Assembly: GCA_051362555.1 (NCBI GenBank)
Contig: CM120647.1
Coordinates: 17,150,651-17,214,650 of the forward strand
Length of the DNA: 64,000 bases
Reading direction: 5' to 3'
From: Lingula anatina
Lineage: Eukaryota > Animalia > Brachiopoda
Shown: positions 28,897-42,300 of the stretch, in pieces
How positions within the stretch are numbered: position 1 is the first letter of the stretch
Layout: every line of letters starts with the position of its first letter
The notes under the pieces: model-generated
What the model was told of the DNA's origin: nothing
The model's database searches: none
The model's input: only the letters and a program-made list of their open reading frames with translations
Position numbers and translations under genes: made by a program

Positions 28897-30302
28897 GTAA
28901 CCCGCTCTCTGGAGGACATTTTTTAGGCAACGTATGCCTTGTGATATCCCCCCACACTCTCGTGACGTTGTCAATTAAACGGGGGTAAATAGTTAAAAGG
29001 ACAATGGCTCTCTTCTTCGATAGCGCTGTGAAGCAAGTTTTCGTCCTACTAACAGGTATGTGTTTTGATATATTATTTCTAAACTAAGGATCATATTTTC
29101 GTGGCGCTTACAAAAGATGTTGAAAAAGCAGACATTATTTTCTAAGCGGTGAAGTAGCAAAAATTCTGTACTAGTTTCATTTGCCATGAGGCATGTTTGA
29201 TAGATCAAACAGGTATAGTGTTAGATATACGTATTATGAGAATAAATACTGTATATGATAGAAAAATGTATACATTAAGTGCATTATATGCCCGAGGGCT
29301 GAGTGTTTTTCTAAGCGGTGTTAGTATGCCATTATAAGAAGTAAATGAAAAGATACTATAGTACATAATGTTGGAGATAAATAACGGAGATATAATTCCT
29401 TAATGGCCACTTGGGTTAACTATTCCCGGCTCTACCGGCAGTAATAATGGGGCAAAGTGAGTCGATAAACCCGGCTCATTTTCGTTCAATTTTGAAAATA
29501 TTTCAGCGTTATTCTGTACTGATTAATCTTAATTTCTTGAATTATAGTATATGTGTACGTTGTTTTTTAATGTTGGTCACAAGTTAACATTTACTATTAA
29601 TCCCTAGTTCAAGTAGTAATTCAACCGAATCTCTTCGGGGTCCCAATCAAAATTACTCGTCCGACGATGATACTGTAAAGATCTTTTTTACGTATTTTCC
29701 TAGCATTTTGATTCTGCCTTAAAATGACCATTTTGAGATTTGATATTTCTGTTATGTTGGCAACCATGACTATGTACATAGGGCCTACGGGTCATTTAAA
29801 ATAATAAAAGCAAGAATTTAAAAAACCACACGCAAAAACCCGTATATATTCTATGTTTTCATTACATAGTTCACATTTATTTGGCCCTTTTTGTACTAAA
29901 TAAATTTATTGAAATTGTACAAATCTGATAAAGAAAACAATAGAGCATAAAAGTGAATCAGAATAATAAATCCCACGGAAAAAACTATAGTTTGGGAGAG
30001 CAGAGATTTTTTCTCACAAGGAAAGTTATTTTGGCGGGTAAGCATCACAACGAGTACCTTTAATTGAAATAGCTGTTTAAGGGAGCCCAGCTTGAAGGGG
30101 GGGGGAGAGTATTTGCTGATATTCCAATTCTGTGTTTCTTTCTAATATAGAAAACATGTGAAGTACCCCACGTAATAAGCTATTGTTTCATACAATTGAT
30201 GCTTACTCATTATATATACATACAACACACATGTATTCTTGTTATACTTAATAGCGTGTGATACTGATTCACTTAATGCATCGTTGTTTATTTTTTTATC
30301 AG

Positions 30303-30334
30303 ATGCGCATTTGAGAAGGATTTATCGACGTCAG
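30303..30334 (+). CDS. Small exon ([10 protein letters not shown]), first exon I can link to the chain
   Basis: Acceptor ttttttatcag and donor CAG|gtattt; phase-1 end fits the next exon (G|TG = Val). Confidence 0.6.
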
Positions 30335-33300
30335 GTATTTTTACTTAGGAGGGTTTATAATTTTGAAAGTCTCAACTGGGAAAGATAAATTAGCTTAAAA
30401 ATAAAAGTAGCATAAAAACAGGACTTTCGGAATATTTCTTACCCGTAGAGTGTACCTTAAACTGTATATTAATTTATCATCGTTTCTCTTCCAGTGTTTG
30501 TCCTCTCAAACATTGAAGTCAGCGGGAGTCCAGACACCCCTGCGATGTGTAGTGCCCCCGATCCCCTGACCAATGAGGACGAGGCTGAAATGTTCTGTCT
30601 CCCGGGATTTGAGGATTTTGTGTGGTATATAGACCATGATGATACAGAGGATTATGCTGGGGCTGAGAGCGAGTGTAGCAGCGGCGGTGACGAATGGAAA
30701 ATGGCGTGGATCGAGTCCGATGAGATACGCCAACTGTTGTATGACAGAATACAGATGGTTCCAGGGCTGAAGTAAGTGTTGGTTTATTGATATTGCCTTC
30801 ACCAACGTAATTTTTCATCGGGATTGATTTGTTTGTGGACGATGTTCTTCATAACGCTTTTTAGCAGGTGTGAACCCATGCTGTGTAATATTGTCTACCG
30901 GAATGTTCAGTCAGAATGTTCAAATTGATGATTACAGACAGACTGTCTATCCGAGTCTGGGTTGCTTCAAATTGATAATTGTAATATCTGTTGTCAGTCA
31001 CGCCTACTGTGGACACTTCATTGAGTCAGTCCACAGCTGTCACTAAATCCCTTTCCCATAGACCCCATCCAGAAAGAGTCCTCGTACTAGTTGGTTCTGC
31101 CCAGCTCTGCAGGGTGTCTCGGTAAGTGCAGTCAGTGCAATCGGCTTCATTGTCTGACGCACGCTTCCAAGAGCAGCTGAGCTGAGGGCACAAGAAAGTT
31201 AATTACCCCCTCGGAGGCGTGTCATTAAGTTAAGCTGTTTGCACTTAGCGAGAGATCCCGCAGCGATGGATGGACCCAACTAATACGATGTGTCTATCTG
31301 AATGTTTCTTTCAACACTATCTGTCAATTTAGATCGACCCAACTCCGTGGGGTCTATAGCTTATTGCAATCAGGTTACTTGAATGACGCTCCTTCTCTAT
31401 TTTATTTTATTTATTTATTTTTTTTGGGGGTGGGGGTGGGGGGGCAATGGGCCAATTGCTCTTTGAAAAATGGAAGTCGTTTCATTGGTAAAACGCATTA
31501 TTTTCTATAAATATTTTTAAAAACGTTTCTAGAGCCCACCCTTTCCCCATACAAAAGGAGGATTCCATCAAGGACAAATACTACCTGAGGCACATGGTTT
31601 TCCGTCAAAAAATGCTCGTTCCGGATATTGCAGTAGTAGACGACAAAGCATCCAGCTTACCTTACCTCTTATGATAGAAATACACGTATAAGCACTGATG
31701 TCCTTATCATTACAATGTTTTTAAACAACACCTTTTTCACTTTCAGACAACAATACATCGTGTCTCTGAAAGACATAGTGCCATCTACTGGCGGTGGAGC
31801 AAACCGATACTGGCAGTGGCAGACCCCTCATCTACAAGCAGCCGGATACATGCCTTGGCTTAACGAGTGCTCTAACGGAAGATGTGGGGACTGTGTAGCG
31901 TTGGATTGCACCTCAAGTGCCACTGCTTGCCAGTTTAATATGGTGGCGTGTGATGATCGGAGTTTTGCGATACTGTGTCGTCATAGTGGTTCAGGTATTT
32001 TTTTTTCTTTTCCTACATTTAAGCATGTCGGCTTAAAGGCACACTTGAACGCACGCCACAATGAATATCATTATAACTTTAGGATTAAGAGTCAATGTGA
32101 AAGCTAAACTATTACTATTGGGGCAGTTTTTTTTTCATTCTTATATAGTACCAGTACGTCATTGGATACGTACTGACAAATTATCCAGTACACGCACGCT
32201 TGCAAAAACAAACGAACGCATGCAAAACACACTGACAAGTGCAAGTTTTAAATTCCTGGTTCAAAGAATTAAGTACATGGTATAGCAAAAATTATCAACA
32301 AATTTTTGAACCTATTTGTCAAATCCCAGCCTATTTGTTTACGGGATTAACGTCCTGTAAACAATTTTAAATGAACCGTAAAATGCATTTGATAAATATT
32401 CCAAATATTATTCAACATGGTTATGCCACCGATCGACAGATCAAACCGTTCGATCACTTAATCATTTGGAAAATGTCACTGTTAAATCAATAACGTCCTG
32501 ATTTTTTCTTTTTCAGTGATATATTTGGTCACTTAAAAGTACTTTCATAATCATGATCGATAATTAAACGTTCGTGGTCATCGTCGTTTCCGTCAAATCA
32601 TAACGTATACGCTTCGCATTGTTGTGTTGAATGGAGTAATGAAGTTATAAATATACTACTTGTTTTTTTGTGAAATGATCTATCATATATGTACACGTTT
32701 CTATGTTTTTATTTTCACTGAAGTCCACCATTAATTTTGCTGAAACTTTTACCTTAATAATACCCATTCCATATATTTTTTTACGTCGTTCAATGTGATT
32801 AATCCCGTATTTTTATTTCAATACAAACAGCTGGCGGCAGTGGTTCGCAACCATCACAAAATTCACCAGGTACAACCTTGGCGTCATCAACAGTTACGAC
32901 CACCGCTGCACCCACGACCGTTAACCCTACGACCACCCCTGCACCCACAACTGAACACCCTACGACCACCGTTGCACCCACAACCGATAGTCTGACGACC
33001 ACCGCTGCACCCACAACCGATAGTCCGACGACCACCGCTGCACCCACAACCGATTACCCGACAACCACAGATGCGGCACCCACAACTGAACACCCAACGA
33101 CTACCGATGTTGAAACGACCACCGAGGAACCCTTGACTACTACAGTGGCTGAAACCACGACTGAAGCCGGTAGGTAAACTATATGTACCGGTAGATTGAT
33201 TCATACCAAAACCTCCTTGTACTTAATTCTGAATTTAATACAGGCCCGTAGCCAGGGGGAGTTCGGGCGGTTCGAAAGAACCGCCCCTTTTACTGGGAAA

Positions 33301-35513
33301 AGGTTCACTCTGGGTAAGATTTGATCTAGGTACATGAAGTTTTTATGGGAAAAGGTCCACTTTTTCAGAAAAAGAACCCCCCTTTTGAAATTGCTGGCTA
33401 CGGGCCTGTAATACAACATCCTATGACCAGGGACGGGCGTCATGTTGATTATATGTAACACAGGGCCCGGTTTCCATTGATATGAGCTGGTATGCTTGTC
33501 ATAGAGTTTGGCCTACTTACGTCAATCTCACCCTAACCTGTACGAATCTACTGTAATAGAGGGCAATAAATTAACCCTTACTGGTAGTTTCTTAAATAAT
33601 AAATACCGATGTTCATTTTAGTATTGTAGTAGTACAATATTTCATGTAAGTATCATTCTGTTTTTGATATGTTTCGTCTAAGTTTACAAGTCATTTAAAT
33701 GGTTAATTTTCCTACAGCGTGGTTATGGTTTATTTTCGGTCAAATTTGACCGGAAATACTTTCATTTTTAAATATGCCGCACACTGTCTATGGTATGTCT
33801 TCACCGTGCATGAGTATCTTTGCATTTTACCGTTTCTATATATTAAGGCCCAATTAAGGCCTATCTACCGGCAATTCAAAATCTTTGTTTACAGATGGAG
33901 ACGAATGTGCCGGAAACCCGTGCCAAAATGGCGGAACATGCGTGGACGGTGTTCGAGAGTACTCGTGCATGTGCGACGCAGGGTATTATGGGACGAACTG
34001 TGGTTCAACTTGCGGGGGCGCCTTGAGCAGTAACACGGGGACCATTACCAGCCCCGGGTGGCCGGAGCCTTACCCCGCCAATACAACATGCGTGTGGACG
34101 ATAACCGTGGCCGATGACCGGCAGATAGAGCTTACCTCGGCCAACTTCACTCTGCAGGCGGAGAACGGAAACGGAACATGTGACCACGACTACCTGGAAA
34201 TAAGGTTAGATATAAGGGAGCCTTGGCTAAACTGCCTGGAATTTTTTTTTTTTTTTCTATTTTCAAAATCGTTTTTTAAAAATTAAAATAGCGTTAACTC
34301 CGTAACGTTTGCTTGCAAAGTCTAATAAATCCTTTTTGTGCGGTAAACTGGACTAGACAGGTACATTTTGACAGGCCCTAACACAAAACTAAGCTTTTTT
34401 TTTTTTGTTCTCCCTTGTACACGAACTCCACACGTTCTCTCCCTGCTGTTCAAAAAATTAAGTTAATTAATTAACCATGTTAAGCGCGGCGGCCCGTTGA
34501 GGCTACTCTTACGGCAGACAATACAGATGTGGAAGTGTACCGGTCTAGTAAGCGTATCGCTGGAAAAGTCCTTGCTCCCTTTCCACATTATTCAACAAAA
34601 CACCATGTGTCAACGGATATTTTGATAATTTCAAAATGTTTCAAAGGTAGTACCAATCCCGTACAGTACTCCAGTATACATAGATGAGCCATATATATCT
34701 TCATTTCGTATGTATGTGAACATTCTAGAAATGGTCTACATGACACCTCACCACTTCTTGGAAGATTTTGTGGCAATGGTCTTCCCGGCCAGATTACCTC
34801 ACACTTCAGTCAGCTGTATCTCAAGTTTACGTCGGACGGCTCCACTTCGGCTCCGGGCTTCGATATAGATCGTGCTAGGACAAGCTACCAAGGTATGCTT
34901 ATTATTATTATTATTATTATTATTATTGTTGTTGTTGTTGTTGTTGTTGTTTCTTTGTTGAAGCAACAATAATGAATGCCACCTCACTCGTATAACACAA
35001 TGTTTTAAAAACTGATATTTATAAATTAAGTTATATACATATCAATGTATAATATGATTCAAATAATCAATTAAATGTAAACAATGAATACTAAACAACA
35101 ATGCTTTGTGGATATTACATTCAGCGTGGTATGAGACACGCCTTCAGGTCGAGGTTATCAAATAAAAGTGGGGACATAATGTGTATATAAACCACTTAAA
35201 ATAACCAACGATATCTTGAAACCTGGACTTATTGCTGAGTTTCGTCAACTGTTTCTTATAGGTGTTATAGGTCTCTTAATATCGTTCCATTTCTTATTTC
35301 TACGTGGTTGGTCGTTCCAGATGGTTGCGGGGGCACCTTAACGGCACCAACAGGGTCTTTTATTACACCAAATTATCCCAACGACTATTTCTCGAACTTG
35401 GTGTGCCAGTGGACGATACGGAATGATTACGGGGGACCCATCGAGCTGAAATTTACCGACTTTAAATTAGAGAACGACCGTGCTTGTTCCTACGATTATA
35501 TTTTGGTAAGGAT

Positions 35514-35601
<88 letters not shown>

Positions 35602-38600
35602 AAACACGCACACATTTTCCCGTCATTTCAAACTATGGATAATTTGTATCCGACAAAAATATACAAAGTTAAAGAAACACAACGCAACCCAACAAGACCA
35701 ACGCTGGATATCCGTGTAACCACGCCAGTGGACTTCATGTTTCTCTTCTCAGGTGCGAGAAGTTGACCAGAACGGCGAATTGCGTTTACATCACTGTGGG
35801 ACTAATCTGCCTTCAACATTATATTCCAAGACTAATCAGCTCTGGATTAAGTTCGTGGCGGATTTCTCCGTAGAGGACAATGGGTTCTGGGCGGATTATA
35901 CCTTAGCCGGTACGTACAGGACCGTTCACTCGTGGCTAATAACGGCTGGGGATCGGTCCAACTTGCATGAACATCTTTTTTTTATGTTGCCCGTTGTTAT
36001 CATGTAGAAGTTATACAAGAAGAGCACTGTTGTTGACTTACATTTTGCATGTACCTTCTGAGCGTCATTTTACATCCCGGTGTGACAGGAATGCTAATCA
36101 TAGGAATGGAAGTCATTCAATTTGTTAGCACTTATTCACAATACCATTTGAGACTTACAATCTTAATTATGCATACACGTCATAAATACCCGGATTGCAT
36201 TAATTTGTTTTAATGGTTTCATCAATTTAGTAATGTTAATGAGGCACCAAATGTTCATTAGTCGTATAAGATATTTTAATTAAATAATAGACACTCACAC
36301 ATGCGGTTTGATGTTAACTGACAATTTTTTTCAGTCTGCATTTACGTCATTAGATGTCGCTCGTGTCGCAACTGGTTAAATATGAATTTGCAAGAACTAA
36401 AGTAACAACAATAGGAAAACAGGAGGGACATAAGCGAATGCTCTTACCCTTGTAAGATAGTCTCATGGTGCCGTTCGCTGGGTTTGGGGTCACGTACGTT
36501 GGGTTGAAGGTTACCTGCGCTGCGTTAAAGGGTCACGTATGCTGGTTTGAGGGTCACGTTTGTTGAGTCGATAGTCACGTACGCTGGGTTGAGGGTCACG
36601 AACGCTTGATTGAGGGTAATGTACGCTTGGTTGAGGGTCACGTACGCTTGGTTAAAGGTCCCATTGGGTATATTCGTTAAGCATGAAAGCCAGTTTTTAA
36701 TTCCCGAAATTTGTGAAATGTTCATTTTATTTATCATTATCTTTGAAGCAACCCATTCCCCTGGCTCAGGAATGTGTTTTTTTATTATCCACCCTTATTG
36801 AAACGAAGTCTTTATATCCGGTGATTCGTGATGTTCAGGATTTTTGACTCGCATTATCAGGGGAATATGAATAAAGATTTTATTAACTGTGATTTGTGAA
36901 TTGATGACCTTCTTTATCGTGACCTGTGATAACCCCCACCCCACACACACACACACACACACAGACACACACACAACAGGACCCTGCCGACACGAGCGGC
37001 ACTTACCTGCAGTGGCGTCAACACCAGTGCAGACTGCAGAAAATATCAGAAATAATATCCAAACGTACACTTATCTATGGTATCATAAAATGTACAGGTT
37101 TAATTGTCACAACATTTTGTGGAATGTCTTTCTTATTGTTATAGGATGTGATGAGCCTGAGAACATAACAGACGGAACGTATGCGTTTTCCGAATTAAGC
37201 GTGGTTTACACGTGTGACCCTGGATTTGAGATTGGATCCGGGGATGCTATCCTAAACTGTTCAGGCAACAACTGGGTGGGGCAGTTTCCAACATGTACTC
37301 GTGAGTGAAAATTAATTAGCTAATAACTTAATAAATGTAAACAAAATAAACAAAAAGTAAGTAAAACTTTGTATTCAATTTATTTGTCTTAGTTAAAAAC
37401 CACAGATTTACAATTAATTAATTAATTTATTATTTTTATTTATCTAATTTAAAAGTGTAAGCAAAAAATATGCAAATACGTTTTGACATGCTTTAGCAAA
37501 TGCTTTTAAGATGTAAATATAGAAACTGAGGCCATTATGGTGCGTGTGCACGTTTGTACATCGACTAATTTAGAAATAATCAACGATAGATTTTAAAGTG
37601 TTCAATTTGATGCTTGCGACTAAAATTGTGAAAGCTTTCCTGTGGCCTTTTGTTTAAAAACAAAAGACTGTCACTCTCATGTAAGCTTTTGCGGGATATC
37701 AAGGTAGGGACCATTGATATAAATAAAATTTCTGGAAGCATATACTACGGCATACGCATCTTTTTATGCAAAACAAATAACTGTGACATCTCCTTGTAAA
37801 ATCTCTATTCATATAGTGCCAAAATGTGGAAATCCACCAACAGAAGCTAACAGTCAAAGAACAAATGGGACAGACGGCAATAACCAGGGGTCAGAGGTCA
37901 CGTACACTTGTGACGTGTGTTCTCGCGTGAACGGAACTCAAACCCAACGAGACTTCACGAGACGTTGTGGCCCAGGTCAGACTTGGAACGTCACGGCGGG
38001 ACCTGGGGATGCATGCGTCAGTAAGTGGACTTTTGTAGAGAAATTTTTCAGTGAATTATAAACAAGTGTGTGTAAATGTGTGTTATTTCACTGTATCCCA
38101 AATGAGTTTATCGCAGCAGATCTAATTTTCTTCGAGTATCTAATGTGAAATGTTACCTACCAGTACAAGTACGCTCACGGATACAAGTACGCTCACGGAT
38201 TATTGTTTGATACTTTTTTGTGCACATAGATAAAGTGCTTATAACATTTATATTTGAAGTAAAATGGTTTTCTAAATAATTCAGTTTTCATTAATATCTC
38301 CATAGTTTACTTTATATTTAAAAAGGTAACGTCAGGCAACTGACACCTGAACTACGTTAACACTTGGTTTCAGCTTCTGGTTAATTTAATACTTTATTGT
38401 CATATAATAATATTCAAATTTATATTCCTTTCTACATAACGCAAATCCGGAGTCAAAATTTGAATATGCACGGTTTTGAATGGCATATGCAGACATATTA
38501 CACATCGCATGCTGGAATGTTTCAGAATACGACTGTGGGGCGGCGCCAGATGGTTCCACCATGGGCCAAGCCATCATCTCGGAAAATCAAGGCCAGGAAT

Positions 38601-39282
38601 GCGGGGACAGGGTGACATACACGTGCTACCCGGGATACATCAGTTCAGATGGGTACATGAGCACATCCGGGAACCACACGCACACTTTGCAATGTGCTCT
38701 GTACAGCAGCAATAACGGTGTACGTTGGATTGGACACAAGACGTGTGAAAGTGAGTATGGAAATACCGTAGGTGCTCCTGATTATATTTGTATTTTTAAT
38801 TGACTCCCTTTCTTCACAGACACGGTATTAGAGCTAAACGTATGACGCCTAAAAGTAGTCATCGTAGAAAAAGATTCAACAATATTTTTTGCATTAAATG
38901 TTTCGGCACTGTGTCATCTTGGTGGCTAATAACCTTCATAAACCTTAGTTATCAAACCTAAGTAATGTAAGATTTGAAAATACTACATTCAATTGAGGGT
39001 TGTTTATTAAAAATATGTCTTTCATTTAATATAACTTGTTCTCAAATATCGACACCGTTTGGCTGCCTTTCTAGTGCAAGTCGACTGGGAGGGGTGTCTG
39101 GATGGAACCGGTGCCAGTTGGACTTCCGGTTTTGTTAATATCACTGACAGCTACACTGACACCGTGGCGGGCTGCAGGAGGCATTGCAAAAACCAAGGGA
39201 AATGGTTCTCAGTTCTGGGTAAGTATGAAGCTGAAGCAAATCCTAGCAATTATAGGTTACGTTGTCACAGAAGTGTGCCGTG

Positions 39283-39327
<45 letters not shown>

Positions 39328-42300
39328 ATAAAAATAAAAATAAAATAAAAAACAGATGCCATACTAGGTTTGTTCAAAGAGCCGGTTCACTTACGTGTGT
39401 TTCATTACATGAATACATTTACAGTTTTATTCAAGTCGTCATCTGAATTATGACCTTCGTCATCGTTGCCGCCCTCGTTGTTGCCATTATTGTCATCGCC
39501 GTCATCACTATGATCATGATTTTCGAAAATCTGCCTCTTTATCAAACAAAGCTACTCAGTGAATTTGCAGTCTGACGTGTATCTTCAATTTCAGGCTATG
39601 GCAAGCGGTGTATCTGTCTCAACGACCCTGCCGGCAATGACACAGGGGTATATGTAGCCAACAGGACTGGTAACTTTAGCGCAGAGGATCATTTTAAGTG
39701 TAACCAAACGTGCATGGGCCAAGATGACTCTGGCTACAATTACTGCGGCAATTCTCATCAGGAGTATTACTCGGTGTATCCGACAATCAGTAAGTGCTGT
39801 ATAGATTGTTCACCACCTGAAAATAGTAAGAGGTAGATAAAATGAGAATCTGATGACTGCTTTAATGGGGCATAGACTATGAGACTTGATTGAGGGGTTA
39901 ATTGAGTACATTGCTGACGTTATATTATGGGTTCAGGTTTATTATATTTAATTTTCGGGTAACCAGTACAGCATACAAGGTATCAGGGCTTTTAAAACAG
40001 AATTCCCTGTCAAAATAAGAGTTTGCAATTCACATATTTCAGTTAGATAATAATGAAATTCGCTGTGGTACTGGATCTTACTTTTAAAACGGGGGTCAAA
40101 GTGGTTCGAATGTAATCGTTTTCATTATGATCTTATGTAAAATAAAAATGAAGGAATGAAAACTCCACTTTCACATGTTACAGCTTACAGGACATGGGCG
40201 TTGCCCGGCAGCAACGTCGTGACGTCATTGATGAGTAGTGCGGATAAGATCACTTGGCCGGATCTGACGCACAAGTCGTGTTCGCGGTACTGCCGTGGAC
40301 TACAGCGAGGTCACATGTACATTCTGATCCACGTCACGACCTGTTATTGCATGAAGGATTTGGACCCGGAACTTGGTATGTTATTTATTCATTTTTTTTT
40401 CAATTCACCTTCTTGCAAATTGCTAGTATATGGGATGTACTGTGCTAATTGGTACTGTATTAGATGTGATATTGATAATTTTCACCCGTTCTTTTAAAAT
40501 ATCATGTATTGATAAAATGTGCCAAACTAAGATGACTTGTACTTGGTTTAAATGGTGTTATAAAATGAGGAAATAAAGACAATCGCGATATGTAAAAATT
40601 ACAGACAGACCGTCGTGAATATGACACGTGATAAAGTCGACTTGTTAATCACATGGCACATTGTAGAATAACACCACCCACCCACACTTCCTTCAATAGG
40701 AGTATATAAATATATAGAAAGTAAACCATACAAAAGATGATATAAAGAGAAGGAAGGGACTATAGTATTATTGTAATGCATCAATGTGTTATTTCCATTA
40801 CAGGAGGCGTGGTGGGGGCTACCCGGGGGTGCCCAGGCTACTCATCGTGGTACACCTGTGGGGACACAGACCGTGTCTACGCCTACATCATAGGTGACAA
40901 TCCAACGCTTATAATAAAGCAAGCACAGAACGTTATTATAACGTTACCATAACGTGTATATGATCAAAAACCGTAATGGTAACGTTATGGTAGATCTTAC
41001 GTTTTAAAACATTCAGTGTTTCCTGGGAAGATCTATACATTTGATGTTTACTTACCGGTATATACTTTTCAATGTATAGTGTCTGTTATAGATTTTACAG
41101 AAGATATACACGTGTAAACCAGTGCATTAACACTTATGAATTTGTTGCTCTCAGAACCAACAGACAAAAATTCGAACAAACAGCACTGTGTTTCGTTCAA
41201 AGTAAGTTGTGTTAGAATTTTAACCAAGTAAGACTAACAAAACGTACATGTATGCACGACTCAAACTGAGAGAGAGAGAGAGAGAAAGAGAGAAAGTGAG
41301 AGATGTGGAGATAACCAATAGTTCTTATTTAACAGATGGAGATTCGGATGTTTCCGGCTGTGACGTGCCCTACAATGACGGCCAGTGGCTTCATAATTAC
41401 TACTTTATTGCTAACAGCAATGAGACAGTGTATTGTTACATCGGAGGTGAGTGTAGCACATTATATACACATATTGAACATGGAACTTTCTGTTCACACG
41501 CTGTTTTCCTGCCATTTTTAAATTCTTAAAAGACTAAGAACTTATATATAGCTGCATATTTTTCATCCTTTTGAGCTTTCTTTGTTCACATGTAGGCAGG
41601 GGTAATTTCAAAGCAAAAGCTCCCCCCTCCCGCTCCCCGCCTGCTGGATTTTCCAAAATTGAATCGTACGTCGTTTTTATTCTAGACAACAGTACGGCTT
41701 GTGCACAGGACTGGATATCATGGCAGGGACACTGCTACAAGTTTGAGAACGTCTACAAGACGTTTGACCAAGCGCGTGCCGCGTGCGCAGCAGAGAACGC
41801 ACACCTTGTGACTGTGAATTCAGCCAACGAACTTATTTTTTTGCGTACAGCAATTTCTAGTGAGTTTTCTTTAATTTTCTTCAGGCGTGTTTGTCTTTTA
41901 AAAAAAGGGCTTAGTGTCTTGATAAGGCAGAAATGTTTCACCTAAGTATAATTTGTTTGATTGATGTAATAATGAAAAAGTACAAATAAAAATAAATGAA
42001 TAGAGAAATAAGTAAATAATGCCCGAACTTCATAGCAGTAAACAGCAAATATTATCTTCTGGTTCTGGTCAGCTTACTCACGTGTTTTTTTTAAATCTAA
42101 TTCAAACACACTGATGTTTCGAACATTTTTTCAGAGCGGCATTCTCTGAGGAGCATTCATTATCATTACATCGGTCTCTATGACAACGGCAACAATAAAC
42201 AGTACACCTGGATGGACGGGTCGTTGAACAGATATGCGTACTTCTACAGCGGAAGACCTAACATAGCTGACAGGCAGTGCGTGGTGCTCATGTATTATTA

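Noticed and set aside
32799-33204. Minus-strand Val/Gly- and Cys/Gly-repeat ORFs
   Set aside because: Antisense shadows of the mucin exon.
36980-37040. Exon candidate after the CA repeat (GPCRHERH..)
   Set aside because: No domain pattern or good donor; CUB2 splices in frame directly to 37145.
41336-41521. ORF-track frame MEIRMFPAV..
   Set aside because: The phase-1 frame matches the repeated mini-module motif and keeps the gene in frame.
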